From Candidatus Collierbacteria bacterium (GTDB lineage Bacteria; Patescibacteriota; Microgenomatia; UBA1400; JACPES01), in assembly GCA_016183365.1 (NCBI GenBank), contig JACPES010000002.1, positions 12,779-76,778 of the forward strand: 64,000 nt of DNA, read 5' to 3'. Every line of letters starts with the position of its first letter. The first letter of the stretch is position 1. Made by a program: the position numbers and the translations under genes. Of this stretch, positions 53,623 to 63,570 are shown piece by piece. The notes under the pieces were generated by a model, which searched no databases, was not told where the DNA came from, and was given only the letters and a program-made list of their open reading frames with translations.

Positions 53623-55062
53623 TTATTTAAATAATTGAAGTTTTTGAAATGCTAGGCGTTTTTTATCCCAGAATTTTCCGCGGCGGCAGAGATTAGAGAT
53701 ATCCGATTTGTTTTCTAGCAGCGTCTCGACCACGATCTCTAAAAAAATCGTGTTTTGAGATCCCTTGACTAAGATTATTTCTCCGCCGGAGATAAATTCG
53801 TGCTTCTCAATTATGGAGATTTGTCTGGCAGAGCCGGATCTCGCTCCGCGAGACGATCCTGCCAATAAAAACTTGGCCGCTTCTCCGGCAGTCAAAAACC
53901 ATTCGACCGGCAGTTTCGACTGTTTGATTATCGGTAGAGCGTATTGTTTCATCAATGGTCCGACGAGGACTATTTTATCCGCGGTTTTCACCGCTACCTC
54001 AGCTATTTTTTCGTGTTCTATTTTAGCCTGCGAACCCAGTTCGCGCATGTCCCCCAAAACCGCGATTTTGGTTTTATTTCCTCCAATATTTTGAAGCATT
54101 TTCAGACTGCCGATTACCGTTTCCCGCGAGGCGTTATAAGAAGAATCAATGATGGCGGTATTTTTAATTCCCGGAAAAATCCAACCGCGCCCCGATGGTA
54201 GTTTGAATCCTGCCGAGATTTTTTCGGCTATGGCTTGAGGATCTTGACCCAAACAAATTCCGGTGGCGAAAGCCGCCGATAAAGTGAATCCGTAAAATTC
54301 CGGCAAAATCATATTTTTTAATGAAATTTGATATTCCCGTTGTTTAAATGAAAGTAATACCTCTGTTTGAGAAAGCGAAGGAATAACGTTTAAAATTTTA
54401 ACATCGGCTGCCGGCGATTTTCCAAAGGTTAAAGTTCTTGCTCCAGCTGATTTCGGTTTCAGTGAATTTATTTCCGGTTGATCGGCGTTTAAAATAGCCC
54501 ATTGCAAATTTTGATTTTCGGTTATAAGTTTTCCCTTCTCTGCGGCGATGGACTCTATTAAGGTCAGACATTTCCGTACGACCAGGTCTGACCTTTCAAA
54601 CTGTTCTGTATGTACCGGCAAAACGTTTAAAATTACAGCTATATCCGGTTTTAAGATTGTCAGCAAATAGCCCATGTTTTTGGGCGAAGTCGGTTCGTCG
54701 ATGCCCATTTCGACGAGATAACAATCGAAAGAATTGCTAATTGCTGATTGCTGATTGTTAATTGTTTTAATAGCTTGAATTGGCGCCAATGCGAGGATGC
54801 GTAGCCAGTCAAAAATAGGATGAACCGACTCGCCGAAATGAAGGCCGAGAATGTCGGCCGGAATGCCGGATTCGGAATTGGCTTTTTCGGCAACTTTAAG
54901 ATTTTTAAATTTTAGTTTTAATACCGGCGCGATTGCGTCTATGGCGCTGGATTTTCCGGCCGAACCGGTGATTCCGACAATAAAAGGATTGCTTTTCTTA
55001 AGCGCAAACAAGGCCCAAAATCTAAGCCACCATAAAATCGGCCAACGAAAAATGCGTTTCAT
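53623..55062 (-). CDS. murF: Mur ligase family protein (MurF-like UDP-MurNAc-peptide D-Ala-D-Ala ligase)
   Basis: IVGITGSAGKSS P-loop ... NSESGIPADILGL. Carries an in-frame NQQSAIS repeat insertion. Confidence 0.65.
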   Translation of the reverse strand: MKRIFRWPILWWLRFWALFALKKSNPFIVGITGSAGKSSAIDAIAPVLKLKFKNLKVAEKANSESGIPADILGLHFGESVHPIFDWLRILALAPIQAIKTINNQQSAISNSFDCYLVEMGIDEPTSPKNMGYLLTILKPDIAVILNVLPVHTEQFERSDLVVRKCLTLIESIAAEKGKLITENQNLQWAILNADQPEINSLKPKSAGARTLTFGKSPAADVKILNVIPSLSQTEVLLSFKQREYQISLKNMILPEFYGFTLSAAFATGICLGQDPQAIAEKISAGFKLPSGRGWIFPGIKNTAIIDSSYNASRETVIGSLKMLQNIGGNKTKIAVLGDMRELGSQAKIEHEKIAEVAVKTADKIVLVGPLMKQYALPIIKQSKLPVEWFLTAGEAAKFLLAGSSRGARSGSARQISIIEKHEFISGGEIILVKGSQNTIFLEIVVETLLENKSDISNLCRRGKFWDKKRLAFQKLQLFK

Positions 55063-55152
55063 TGAATTTTATTATAGCTTGTTTAAAGGCCCGGCCTCGC
55101 TGCGGCAAGACCGGGCCTTATTAAGATCGCTTCGAATGTTACAATCAACAAA

Positions 55153-56274
55153 GTGTTGACTGTTTTGTTTTTTTTAATTCTGCTTTCGGTTCTGGTTTTA
55201 GTCCATGAACTGGGGCATTTTATCGCCGCCAAGAAATTGGGAGTAGTGGCGGAAGAGTTTGGTTTGGGTTTGCCGCCCAAAGTCAGGCGGCTTTTTGTCT
55301 GGCAGGGGACGGAATTTACCCTCAACTGGCTGCCGCTGGGTGGGTTTGTGAAGATGAGAGGGGAAGATCGGGAAATAAAAGACAATGAGCAAAAAACAAT
55401 GAGCAAAGAACAAAAAGCAAAAAACAAAGAGCAAGGATTTTTCTTTGCGCAACCGCCATGGAAGCGGGCGGTGATTTTGGTGGCCGGGGTATTTATGAAC
55501 TTGGTTTTGGGAGTGGCGGCATTTACCTCGGTTTATACCGTCTTGGGAATTCCGGAAGAAAGAGACGTGGTGGTTATCGACGGAGTGGCGCCAAATAGCC
55601 CGGCGGAGCGGGCACAACTAAATCAAAACGATGTTGTGAACGAGTTCAAAGTTCAAAGTTCAAAGTTCAAAGTTAACGACACCAAGCAATTCATAGAATT
55701 AATTAATCAGCATCGAGGGGAGGAAGTCACGCTCATTATTAAGCGTGGACAAGAGGAAAAAGAAATTGTTGTTACTCCGCGACTTGAATCCGAAACTCCA
55801 GAAGGCGAGGGAGCGCTGGGGGTGGCGATTTCCAATATCCAGTTTATCCACTATCCCCGGTGGCAGATGCCGTTTAGGGCGTCCGTGACTGGGTTTAAGG
55901 AAGCTTTGGCATGGGGACGGAATATTATCGGGGGTTTGGGGAAAATGGTTTTCGATCTGGCGACTCACGGCAAAGTCCCGAATGATTTGGCCGGGCCGGT
56001 GGGAATCGCCAAAATTACCGGCGAAGTGGCCAAGAGAGGTTGGATTCCGCTTTTCCAATTGGCCGGAATTTTATCAATCAATTTAGCGGTGGTTAATATC
56101 CTGCCGATTCCGGCTCTGGACGGCGGCAGGTTGCTGTTTTTAGGGATCGAAAAACTGAGAGGAAAGCCGATGGATCCGAAGAAAGAACGTTTGGCCCATC
56201 TGATCGGCTATACATTGCTAATCTCTCTTTTAATTTTGATTACCATCAAAGATTTAATCGGCGGAGTCGGATAA
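55153..56274 (+). CDS. rseP: RIP metalloprotease RseP (site-2 protease with PDZ domain)
   Basis: HELGHFIAAKKLGV ... PDZ region ... NLAVVNILPIPALDGGRLLF. Confidence 0.8.
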   Translation: MLTVLFFLILLSVLVLVHELGHFIAAKKLGVVAEEFGLGLPPKVRRLFVWQGTEFTLNWLPLGGFVKMRGEDREIKDNEQKTMSKEQKAKNKEQGFFFAQPPWKRAVILVAGVFMNLVLGVAAFTSVYTVLGIPEERDVVVIDGVAPNSPAERAQLNQNDVVNEFKVQSSKFKVNDTKQFIELINQHRGEEVTLIIKRGQEEKEIVVTPRLESETPEGEGALGVAISNIQFIHYPRWQMPFRASVTGFKEALAWGRNIIGGLGKMVFDLATHGKVPNDLAGPVGIAKITGEVAKRGWIPLFQLAGILSINLAVVNILPIPALDGGRLLFLGIEKLRGKPMDPKKERLAHLIGYTLLISLLILITIKDLIGGVG

Positions 56275-56488
56275 AAAAGGAATACCCATCTTTTCGATCG
56301 AAATCTTTTGCAGTCAGCATCATGGTGTTTATTATTCAACCATTGACGATGATGTTTATCAATGTCCGGTTTGCTCCCGAATACCGCTCGAAGAGCGGCT
56401 GGTCGGCGGGCAGGCGGGGGTCGGAAAAGACGGATTAAGCGAAACGATGATGAATAAATCCGGTAGGGGATTTATCTGTAGTTTGAAT

Positions 56489-56785
56489 TTATGGTTGAAG
56501 AGTCAGATGTTTGCCGCCGGGATGAATTTCTTCCAAAGGCATAATCCGTTTTTCCAGATCGGCTAAATCGGAATGAGACGGTGTCAAAGTTAATTCCTGT
56601 TCAATCTTTTCCATTTTCCCCATGAGTTTATCCATACTGACATAGAATTCGTCTTTGGTCGGCAGGAACTTGATTTTTTCATCCAGTCTTTCTTCCAGTT
56701 CGTCTAGTCTGAAATTGAATTCAGACTTAGTCACAAAATGTTCTGAAAGAAGGTCAATATCTTTTTTGGTCAACGCCATAAGCAT
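56489..56785 (-). CDS. small coiled-coil hypothetical protein
   Basis: 98-aa ORF flanked by 21-nt direct repeats (56452-56473 and 56925-56945). Confidence 0.3.
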   Translation of the reverse strand: MLMALTKKDIDLLSEHFVTKSEFNFRLDELEERLDEKIKFLPTKDEFYVSMDKLMGKMEKIEQELTLTPSHSDLADLEKRIMPLEEIHPGGKHLTLQP

Positions 56786-56844
56786 ATCTAATCACTTTAA
56801 ATCTTCAATTGTCAAGGTGCGAAATATTTGTCACTCGGATCGAT

Positions 56845-56913
56845 ACATCTCCCTGACACATCGCCTTAGACGGGAGAAGTGATATGATTTGAGGTAGTTT
56901 TCCGCTTAAGGCG
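56845..56913 (+). promoter_or_regulatory. conserved roughly 68-nt upstream element, copy 1 (hairpin tctccc ... gggaga plus gtgatatgatttgaggtag)
   Basis: Aligns with 62319-62384 upstream of the radical SAM gene. The stem shows a compensatory change (tctccc/gggaga in one copy, ctccc/gggag in the other). Confidence 0.4.
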
Positions 56914-56962
56914 GAGACTATGGGGAATAAATCCGGCAGGGGATTAGAATGGAAGGAAGAAA

Positions 56963-57682
56963 TTGAATATTCACGAGGTTATCAATGAATCCAAGCCCGA
57001 AGAATTATCAACTCCGGAACTGCGGTGGAAATCTCTCCAACGGGCATTTATCGCCCTACGCGATATTCCGTACAGTTGCCGTAAATCTTCAGGTCGGGTA
57101 CGGAAACTCGATGAATATCTTGAGAATTTTCTCGCCCAAGAAAGATGTACCTGCGCTCAAAAACACCTTCTGCTAGGATTGGTGGCTGAATCTCTCGGCT
57201 TGCGTGTCCAATATTTATCGTATCAATTCTACTGGCAAAATCTTCAGGTCGAATACCCGACTGAACTTCGCGCGCTCCTGAAAGAAATGCCCGCCCAAAT
57301 ACATACCGCGCTATCTGTATCGTTGGACAACGATGATCAGGGTAAATATTATGTAGCCGATTGCACTTGGGATCAACCGTTAGAATCAACCGGTTTTCCC
57401 GTAAACAGCCCTGGTGACGCGCCGCATGATTGCGACTTAGGAGTTATTCCTCATACGTTGCCGGTTTTACATCATTCAGCGATAGACCAATGGACATATC
57501 TTCGGGAATTAAAATCAGCTATGCCGCCAAATAAATCCGTTCCTTTGTTTTACGACAAGTTTGACGAGTGGTTAGTTTCATTAAGATCGGAATTCACCTC
57601 TTGCGACCGACAAAATAATAATAATTCTCCCAAGATTGATTGCCCTTCATTGACTGCAGTTGCTCAATTTGGAAATTACTAA
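56963..57682 (+). CDS. hypothetical protein, possibly a transglutaminase-like Cys/His/Asp fold
   Basis: RCTCAQKHLLLGLVAESLGL ... HTALSV ... YYVADCTWDQ. Confidence 0.3.
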   Translation: MNIHEVINESKPEELSTPELRWKSLQRAFIALRDIPYSCRKSSGRVRKLDEYLENFLAQERCTCAQKHLLLGLVAESLGLRVQYLSYQFYWQNLQVEYPTELRALLKEMPAQIHTALSVSLDNDDQGKYYVADCTWDQPLESTGFPVNSPGDAPHDCDLGVIPHTLPVLHHSAIDQWTYLRELKSAMPPNKSVPLFYDKFDEWLVSLRSEFTSCDRQNNNNSPKIDCPSLTAVAQFGNY

Positions 57683-58253
57683 AAAATCTTATCAGCCGCT
57701 GTTTTGTAAAAGAGTAATGTATCACTCCTTTTTCTTTACCTTCTCTTGGAATATAGGTGTAAGGCGCAATAATTTCGACCGGTAATGTGTTATAGGTAGC
57801 CATACCGATTCTCACTTTCCGGCCGAATATTTTCTGGACAGAAATGACAACGTATCCATTCGGTTTAAGAACTCGATAAATTTCATTGATAACCGAACAA
57901 ATTTCGCTATCTGTCCCATGATTTAACACTCGTAGACAAACAACACCGTCAAAAAAAGAGCTTTTAAACGGCAGTTTCCGCTTCATTGAGCCAACTGTAA
58001 AATTTATATTTACATTCGCATCTTTGGCATTTTTGGACGCTAATTTGATCGCCTTCGGCGAAATATCCAAACCCGATACGCGGTATCCGCATTTGGCTAA
58101 ATCAATAGCATGTAATCCAACTCCGCATCCCAAATCTAATACTTTCACTCCGGCGGCTCTTTTTAACTTTTTCTTTAGCAATGTCAGCGGAGCAATCGGA
58201 CTGACGAAAGCGTTTTTTTCTTGGCTATAAAGCTGGTTCCATTGATGTTTCAT
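57594..58253 (-). CDS. class I SAM-dependent methyltransferase
   Basis: VLDLGCGVGLHAIDLAKCGYRVSGLDIS is motif I. Confidence 0.75.
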   Translation of the reverse strand: MKHQWNQLYSQEKNAFVSPIAPLTLLKKKLKRAAGVKVLDLGCGVGLHAIDLAKCGYRVSGLDISPKAIKLASKNAKDANVNINFTVGSMKRKLPFKSSFFDGVVCLRVLNHGTDSEICSVINEIYRVLKPNGYVVISVQKIFGRKVRIGMATYNTLPVEIIAPYTYIPREGKEKGVIHYSFTKQRLIRFFSNFQIEQLQSMKGNQSWENYYYFVGRKR

Positions 58254-58456
58254 TTTTTTACTGCCAACATATCAATTCTTCTCTCGAATGGCGAATTTAT
58301 GGTGTTGACAAAAAATCCTGCTTCTCGTAAAGAACTCTGAAGCTCATATGTTGTCGGGAAGTACCAATGGCGGCCATCCATGAACGCATATCCGCGAGCG
58401 AAATCTAATTTATATTTCAAAAAATGTTTGAACAGGTTTTTGTGGCTCAAGTCCAA
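58250..58456 (-). CDS. small hypothetical protein
   Basis: 68-aa ORF. Confidence 0.2.
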   Translation of the reverse strand: MDLSHKNLFKHFLKYKLDFARGYAFMDGRHWYFPTTYELQSSLREAGFFVNTINSPFERRIDMLAVKK

Positions 58457-59921
58457 CTTCTTCTATAATTTCTGTATTTATCGGTAATCTCTCAAGTGAT
58501 CGTGGTTCAACTTTTACTGCTCCCGATCCATAAGATTTTCCAACTAATTGGAGATTCGAGATAGTTTCAGGGAGTTGTAAAATTGTCCATAACTTTTCTA
58601 TATCATCTTTTTCAGTAGATATTGGATAAATACAAAGAAATCCAGTAAGCGGAACAACATTTGCTTCATTTTTTATAAACCGTGCATTACGTCTTCCAAG
58701 ATAAGCAAATAGAAAACATGGCACTTCCCGCACTTCCATTTTATACCAAGGTTGTCTAGTTGAAATTAACGCCCGTTTAGATAGGCCAAGCTTTTCACCT
58801 TTTTTAATGTATTTTCTGACCGATTCAGGCATATCTTCCCACCTAACTCCATTTGGAAAAAAAAGTAGAGTCGGACGACCTTTTTCCCTGAGTTTTTTTA
58901 ATGTTTCTTGAGTAATAACTGCTTCATCAGCGTCTCTCGTTCTTCCAATTGCCGGTAAAAAGAAATGATCGGGAATTTTTAATTCTCTCGCTTGATCTCC
59001 AGTCAGGAAGAAGAATTCATTAGCTCCCGTAGCAATCCCGCGCATTACACGAGCAAAATCTGATAGAGTATATTTAAAATCATGGTCTTCTCTTGGCACT
59101 CTGGAAAGCCCGGACGATAAAGCTTCCGATAAACCTCGATCATAAATATCTAGGTCTTCATAATTTTCTCCAGTGAGATTATTTTTAACAAAATTAAACA
59201 ACCCTTTGCTTTGTGGTATTAGACATTTAACCCATTTTAATTTATCTTTCGGCGGTTTGTTTTCTAACAAAAAAATTACAGCGTTTGTATCAACACCAGG
59301 AAAGGGTGTAGCCTTGGGGTCAAAAGTAATTACCCCATCAATGCAAAATTTACTTGCAATCCAATTCCAAAGTTTTTTCGAAAAAACTCCTTCGCAAGTA
59401 TCGGCAGGCATGATAAAAGCAAGACGCCCGCCCCTATCAAGTAAACTCAACGCTTGTATTAAAAAGTAAATATGCAATCCTGCACGACCGTCAAGTGTAT
59501 CGCCAAGATTGAGTAAACTTATTTTACGAAAATGATTTTTCTGTTCTTGTGAAAGACGATGATGTCGAATATATGGCGGATTTGCCACAATAGCCCTAAA
59601 TAACTTTTTGGGAGGGTTTAGAATAAAGTCTCGCACCTCTAATTCAGCGTTATCATCGAAAATACCTTCCTGCCTCGCTACCGAGATAATTTCGGGATCA
59701 ATATCTGTACCCCAAAATTTTTTATTGGGTGCAATTTTTTTTAAAGCAACATAAAATGCTCCTTTGCCAACCCCAGGATCAAAAACAACATCAGCAATTT
59801 CTGATACATAAGCAACCATTGCTTCTGCTACCCAATTAGGAGTCCAAAATTGACCTTTATTGCGCAACTTTTCGCGTTCGCTCCATTGCTTCGGCAATTT
59901 TTGATGAGTTATTGTTTTCAT
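58410..59921 (-). CDS. DNA N6-adenine methyltransferase (gamma-class, TaqI/Eco57I-like)
   Basis: FWTPNWVAEAMVAY ... VFDPGVGKGAF (SAM-binding motif) ... IVANPPY (motif IV). Confidence 0.7.
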   Translation of the reverse strand: MKTITHQKLPKQWSEREKLRNKGQFWTPNWVAEAMVAYVSEIADVVFDPGVGKGAFYVALKKIAPNKKFWGTDIDPEIISVARQEGIFDDNAELEVRDFILNPPKKLFRAIVANPPYIRHHRLSQEQKNHFRKISLLNLGDTLDGRAGLHIYFLIQALSLLDRGGRLAFIMPADTCEGVFSKKLWNWIASKFCIDGVITFDPKATPFPGVDTNAVIFLLENKPPKDKLKWVKCLIPQSKGLFNFVKNNLTGENYEDLDIYDRGLSEALSSGLSRVPREDHDFKYTLSDFARVMRGIATGANEFFFLTGDQARELKIPDHFFLPAIGRTRDADEAVITQETLKKLREKGRPTLLFFPNGVRWEDMPESVRKYIKKGEKLGLSKRALISTRQPWYKMEVREVPCFLFAYLGRRNARFIKNEANVVPLTGFLCIYPISTEKDDIEKLWTILQLPETISNLQLVGKSYGSGAVKVEPRSLERLPINTEIIEEVGLEPQKPVQTFFEI

Positions 59922-60861
59922 AGGGAGTCTAACACCTCAATTGCTTCTTTTCGGAGTTCTAACTTTCCACCATCAAATTTTACATATGGCAAAATATGTC
60001 CGTTTTTATCTTCAATATATGCCGATACAAGCGACGGTTCTTCCGTCGCATCGCCAAGCGGGTATGCGTATCGGTAGTATATTTTATAAATTGCCTTTTT
60101 GGTTGTGGCTCCACCCGGTGCTTGAAATGTTTGAATTGTAGGCCCAATTAAACCCCTAGAGAAAAGGCTCTCAGCTTCATCTAACGAAATTCCAAAAGCT
60201 TGATCATAAAAAACATGCCAAATATGGATTTTGATACCGCTTTGTTTTTGCCATTGTTTTAGTGGTTCACGATCTTCTTCTTTTATTATGATGGTTGGTA
60301 AGACGGCCGCTTTTTTAAGACCCAATTTCCCACTAAGCCGCTTTTGTGGGGATAATTCAGTGTTGTAATCTGGCATTTTTTGGATTTCCATAAACTATTT
60401 TCTGATTCAACCGCAACCACAGCTTTTTCGAGAAGTAGTTTTAATTTTTCTTCGACTAAAAAGGGGAGTTCTTGAACACCACCTATAGTTTCCAAAAATT
60501 TATTTATTATAGCTTCATCTGATTTTTTGAAAACAAGTATATCTGGTCTTTTAATATTGCCTAAGCCTGCTTCTTCTAGTCTCTCAAAATATAATTCAAA
60601 AGCCCGTACATCATCCGTGGGAGCAGTACTACTTGGTCCATAAGGAATCGCATAATATTTTCCGCTCTTGTTCACGGCTTCAATTAAACGATTTTCACTC
60701 CAAACTCCTTGAGACCAACGCATTAAAAAGTCGCTTCCACGAAGACGGCGAGGGTTCAATAAGAAATCAGCCCAAGGCAAAAGCGGAAAGTCTCGTAATT
60801 CGAGGGCAATGTTTTCTTTTGAGACGCTTAAAACTTTTTCAAATGGATGCATCTCGTTCAT
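59918..60861 (-). pseudogene. two overlapping ORFs (60286-60861 and 59918-60391) next to the methyltransferase; possibly a frameshifted restriction endonuclease
   Basis: The two frames overlap by 106 nt and lie directly upstream of, and co-directional with, the methyltransferase. No nuclease motif was identified. Confidence 0.25.
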
Positions 60862-60918
60862 AAAGATTATTTACATTATAAATCATAAGTTCATTTTTTT
60901 AAGCCATTTTCTGAAGCA

Positions 60919-61638
60919 TTGTCGGAGAAGATACTTTATATTCCCGCCTATAATATAAATAAAAAGATGTATGTCGGACAACCGCTCTCTGTTCGTGATC
61001 GTACCATTTTTCCATGCGCAATACAGTATAATGTCTTAGTGATTAAAGCAATCATTTTTGATATTGGCGGAGTGGTAACTTACAACATCGGCGGTTATAT
61101 CAGGAACGATATTATTAAAGCCCTCGGTGTTACGAAGGATCAGTATGAAGGAACCTGCCATATTTTGGTACCGCTTTTAAGTACCGGCAAAATTACCGAA
61201 GAAGAATTTTGGCAAAGATTTAGAACTATAACCAAAACCACCAAAGTACCTCCGGAAAACTTGTGGTCAAGAGAGTTTTCAAAAAGACGAAAATTAAGAA
61301 AAGATGTTGTTCAAATAATTAAAGAGTTGAAAAAGAACGGTATTAAGTTAGCGGCTTTATCGAATGTTATTCGTTCTCATTCGCAAGTTAATGATGAAAA
61401 AGGTATCTATAGACTTTTTGATGTACGAATTCTTTCTTACGAAGTTGGCCTTAAGAAACCGGACCCGCAAATTTACATGCTTACTCTTAAGAAGCTTGGC
61501 GCAAATCCGGAAGAAACAGTCTTTATCGATAATAAGCTGCAAAACGTAAAAGTCGCCGGAAACCTAGGGTTTAACGGAATTTACTATAAAAGTCCAGGGC
61601 AATTGAGAAAAAGCCTCGAAAGACATAAACTTATTTGA
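60919..61638 (+). CDS. HAD-superfamily hydrolase
   Basis: IKAIIFDIGGVVT (motif I) ... LSNV ... FIDNKLQNVKVAGNLGF. Confidence 0.7.
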   Translation: MSEKILYIPAYNINKKMYVGQPLSVRDRTIFPCAIQYNVLVIKAIIFDIGGVVTYNIGGYIRNDIIKALGVTKDQYEGTCHILVPLLSTGKITEEEFWQRFRTITKTTKVPPENLWSREFSKRRKLRKDVVQIIKELKKNGIKLAALSNVIRSHSQVNDEKGIYRLFDVRILSYEVGLKKPDPQIYMLTLKKLGANPEETVFIDNKLQNVKVAGNLGFNGIYYKSPGQLRKSLERHKLI

Positions 61639-61661
61639 TATGGAAAAAAGGACGGCGAATT

Positions 61662-62285
61662 TCAAGGCAAGAAATGGTTGGTTTGGCTTAAGTGGTCGGT
61701 AAACGCAAGCGCTGATAACTTTAATTTTCCTATTTCGTCTTTTTCTAAAATCGTGATTGAGCAGTCTTTAATATTCTCGTCTAAAGAAGATGAAAACCCA
61801 GGCATGTGAAGGTTTAAATAAGAGTCATCGAAAACATTCCGTAAAAAGTCGGCGATTATTCCTCCGTGGCTAACCAGGACAATATGTTCCGACGGATGTA
61901 AATCCAATGATCCAATAAATGATTCCAGACGCCGACCGGCTTGGAAAGAAGAGTCTCCAATCGGCGGCTGCCAATTTCGTTTCATTGAAGACTTTTTCAA
62001 CATCTCCAAAAATTCTGCGAAAGATTGCTTTGGATCATCTCCCCAGTTAACGCGTTCCCTCAACAATGGGGTTGGTGAAACCGGAATTTTAAAAAACTTC
62101 CCAATTTCCGCCGCGGTTTGTTTTGTCCGTTCTAGGGGACTGGAAAACACGGCTTTGACCGGGAATTGTGATAGGTATTTTGCCGTTAGCTTGGCCTGTT
62201 TTACCTCTTTAAGACTAAGAGGGGGGTCGCCCGGCATTTTCTGCTTTTCTCCGTGGCGGACTAAATAAAAGTATTTCATAAACAA
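61662..62285 (-). CDS. histidine phosphatase family protein (phosphoglycerate-mutase-like)
   Basis: LVRHGEK catalytic RHG motif ... VLVSHGG. Confidence 0.75.
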   Translation of the reverse strand: MFMKYFYLVRHGEKQKMPGDPPLSLKEVKQAKLTAKYLSQFPVKAVFSSPLERTKQTAAEIGKFFKIPVSPTPLLRERVNWGDDPKQSFAEFLEMLKKSSMKRNWQPPIGDSSFQAGRRLESFIGSLDLHPSEHIVLVSHGGIIADFLRNVFDDSYLNLHMPGFSSSLDENIKDCSITILEKDEIGKLKLSALAFTDHLSQTNHFLP

Positions 62286-62318
62286 ATTGTAGCAAACTCA
62301 TTCGTCCGGAAGTTCCCC

Positions 62319-62384
62319 TACACCTCCCTGACATTGCTTTCGAGAGGGGGAGTGATATAATGTGAGGTAGATTTACGGCTTGGA
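62319..62384 (+). promoter_or_regulatory. conserved upstream element, copy 2, immediately 5' of the radical SAM/SPASM gene
   Basis: tacacctccctgacattgctttcgagagggggagtgatataatgtgaggtagatttacggcttgg. Confidence 0.4.
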
Positions 62385-62395
62385 AATATTATAGT

Positions 62396-63544
62396 ATGCC
62401 TTCAAAATCTGAAAGACAACAGGAAACACCTTTTCCTATAACAACTAACAGAGCAGATGCCTCGTGGATTGAACGACCGGCAGTTGGCCCCGGCGGAAAA
62501 CTCTTTTATCACCTGAAAGACGGGAAACGGCATTGGGCCGATAATCTTCCGCAAATAACGGAACCGGTATTTTCTTCTGACTCCTTTCAAATTACTGCTC
62601 CACTGAAAGTTTATTTTGACTTTACATATCGATGTAATTTAGAGTGCCGTCATTGTATTACCGAGTCTTCGCCGTTAGTTGATATATCCACGGAACTTTC
62701 CACTCCGCGGATTCTTGAACTTACTTCTGAACTCGCAAATATTGGGGTATTAGAAATCGCTGCTGCCGGAGGTGAGCCATTCATGCATCCAGATTGGAAA
62801 GACATCTTTAAACAAGTCAAGTCGGTGGGAATGAACCTGATAATAACTACTAATGGCACATTGTTGACACCCCTGAAAGCAAAAGAACTTAAACAGATTG
62901 ATCCAATGGAAGCACGAGTAAGCCTTGAAGGAGGACCATCATTTCACGATAAAGTTAGAGGAAACGGCGCATACTCTCGAGCGATGAGGGGATTAGGGAA
63001 TCTGGTGGAAACTGGAATTAAATCTACCGCTAGACTTACACTCTGTCGCGGTGCCAATGAAGAGCTTCCGGTTTTATTTGCAGATTTGACTAAAATCGGT
63101 GTTCAAACTGTTAAAGTTGCGGTGGTTAAAAAAGCGGGAAGAGCAGCGGTGGAGTCATTCGGTGAGTTATGGGATTACGTTCCCGACGCAGAGGCGGCAA
63201 TGTGGTTGCTGTCGCTTGGGAAGAAGCACGACCTTGAAGTGCAACTTTCCGCTGATGATTTTCCGGTGTCGGATCAAGACGCCAATGACCCGAAGTTACG
63301 ATGTCCGGAACGCAGCAATTGCGGCGCCGGATTTGAAAGCTGTTATATCTCGCCCAACGGCGAAGTTCTTGGTTGCGTCACCATGCCGGATTTAGCATTT
63401 GGCCTTTTGCATTCGGAGTCTTTTTTGTCGGTTTGGCAGGGAAAACTGGCCGAAAGTTATCGCCGGCTGGCCGAAGCCGCGAGCGGGCGCAGGTTATGCG
63501 ATTCTTTGTGTAATCCAAATGATAAACTACGCGGGGAAAAATAA
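62396..63544 (+). CDS. radical SAM enzyme with a C-terminal SPASM-like Cys-rich domain
   Basis: FDFTYRCNLECRHC (CxxxCxxC) ... C-terminal CPERSNCGAGFESCYISPNGEVLGC ... CDSLC. Confidence 0.8.
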   Translation: MPSKSERQQETPFPITTNRADASWIERPAVGPGGKLFYHLKDGKRHWADNLPQITEPVFSSDSFQITAPLKVYFDFTYRCNLECRHCITESSPLVDISTELSTPRILELTSELANIGVLEIAAAGGEPFMHPDWKDIFKQVKSVGMNLIITTNGTLLTPLKAKELKQIDPMEARVSLEGGPSFHDKVRGNGAYSRAMRGLGNLVETGIKSTARLTLCRGANEELPVLFADLTKIGVQTVKVAVVKKAGRAAVESFGELWDYVPDAEAAMWLLSLGKKHDLEVQLSADDFPVSDQDANDPKLRCPERSNCGAGFESCYISPNGEVLGCVTMPDLAFGLLHSESFLSVWQGKLAESYRRLAEAASGRRLCDSLCNPNDKLRGEK

Positions 63545-63570
63545 AAGCTCGAGACTTTACTAAAACTAAT

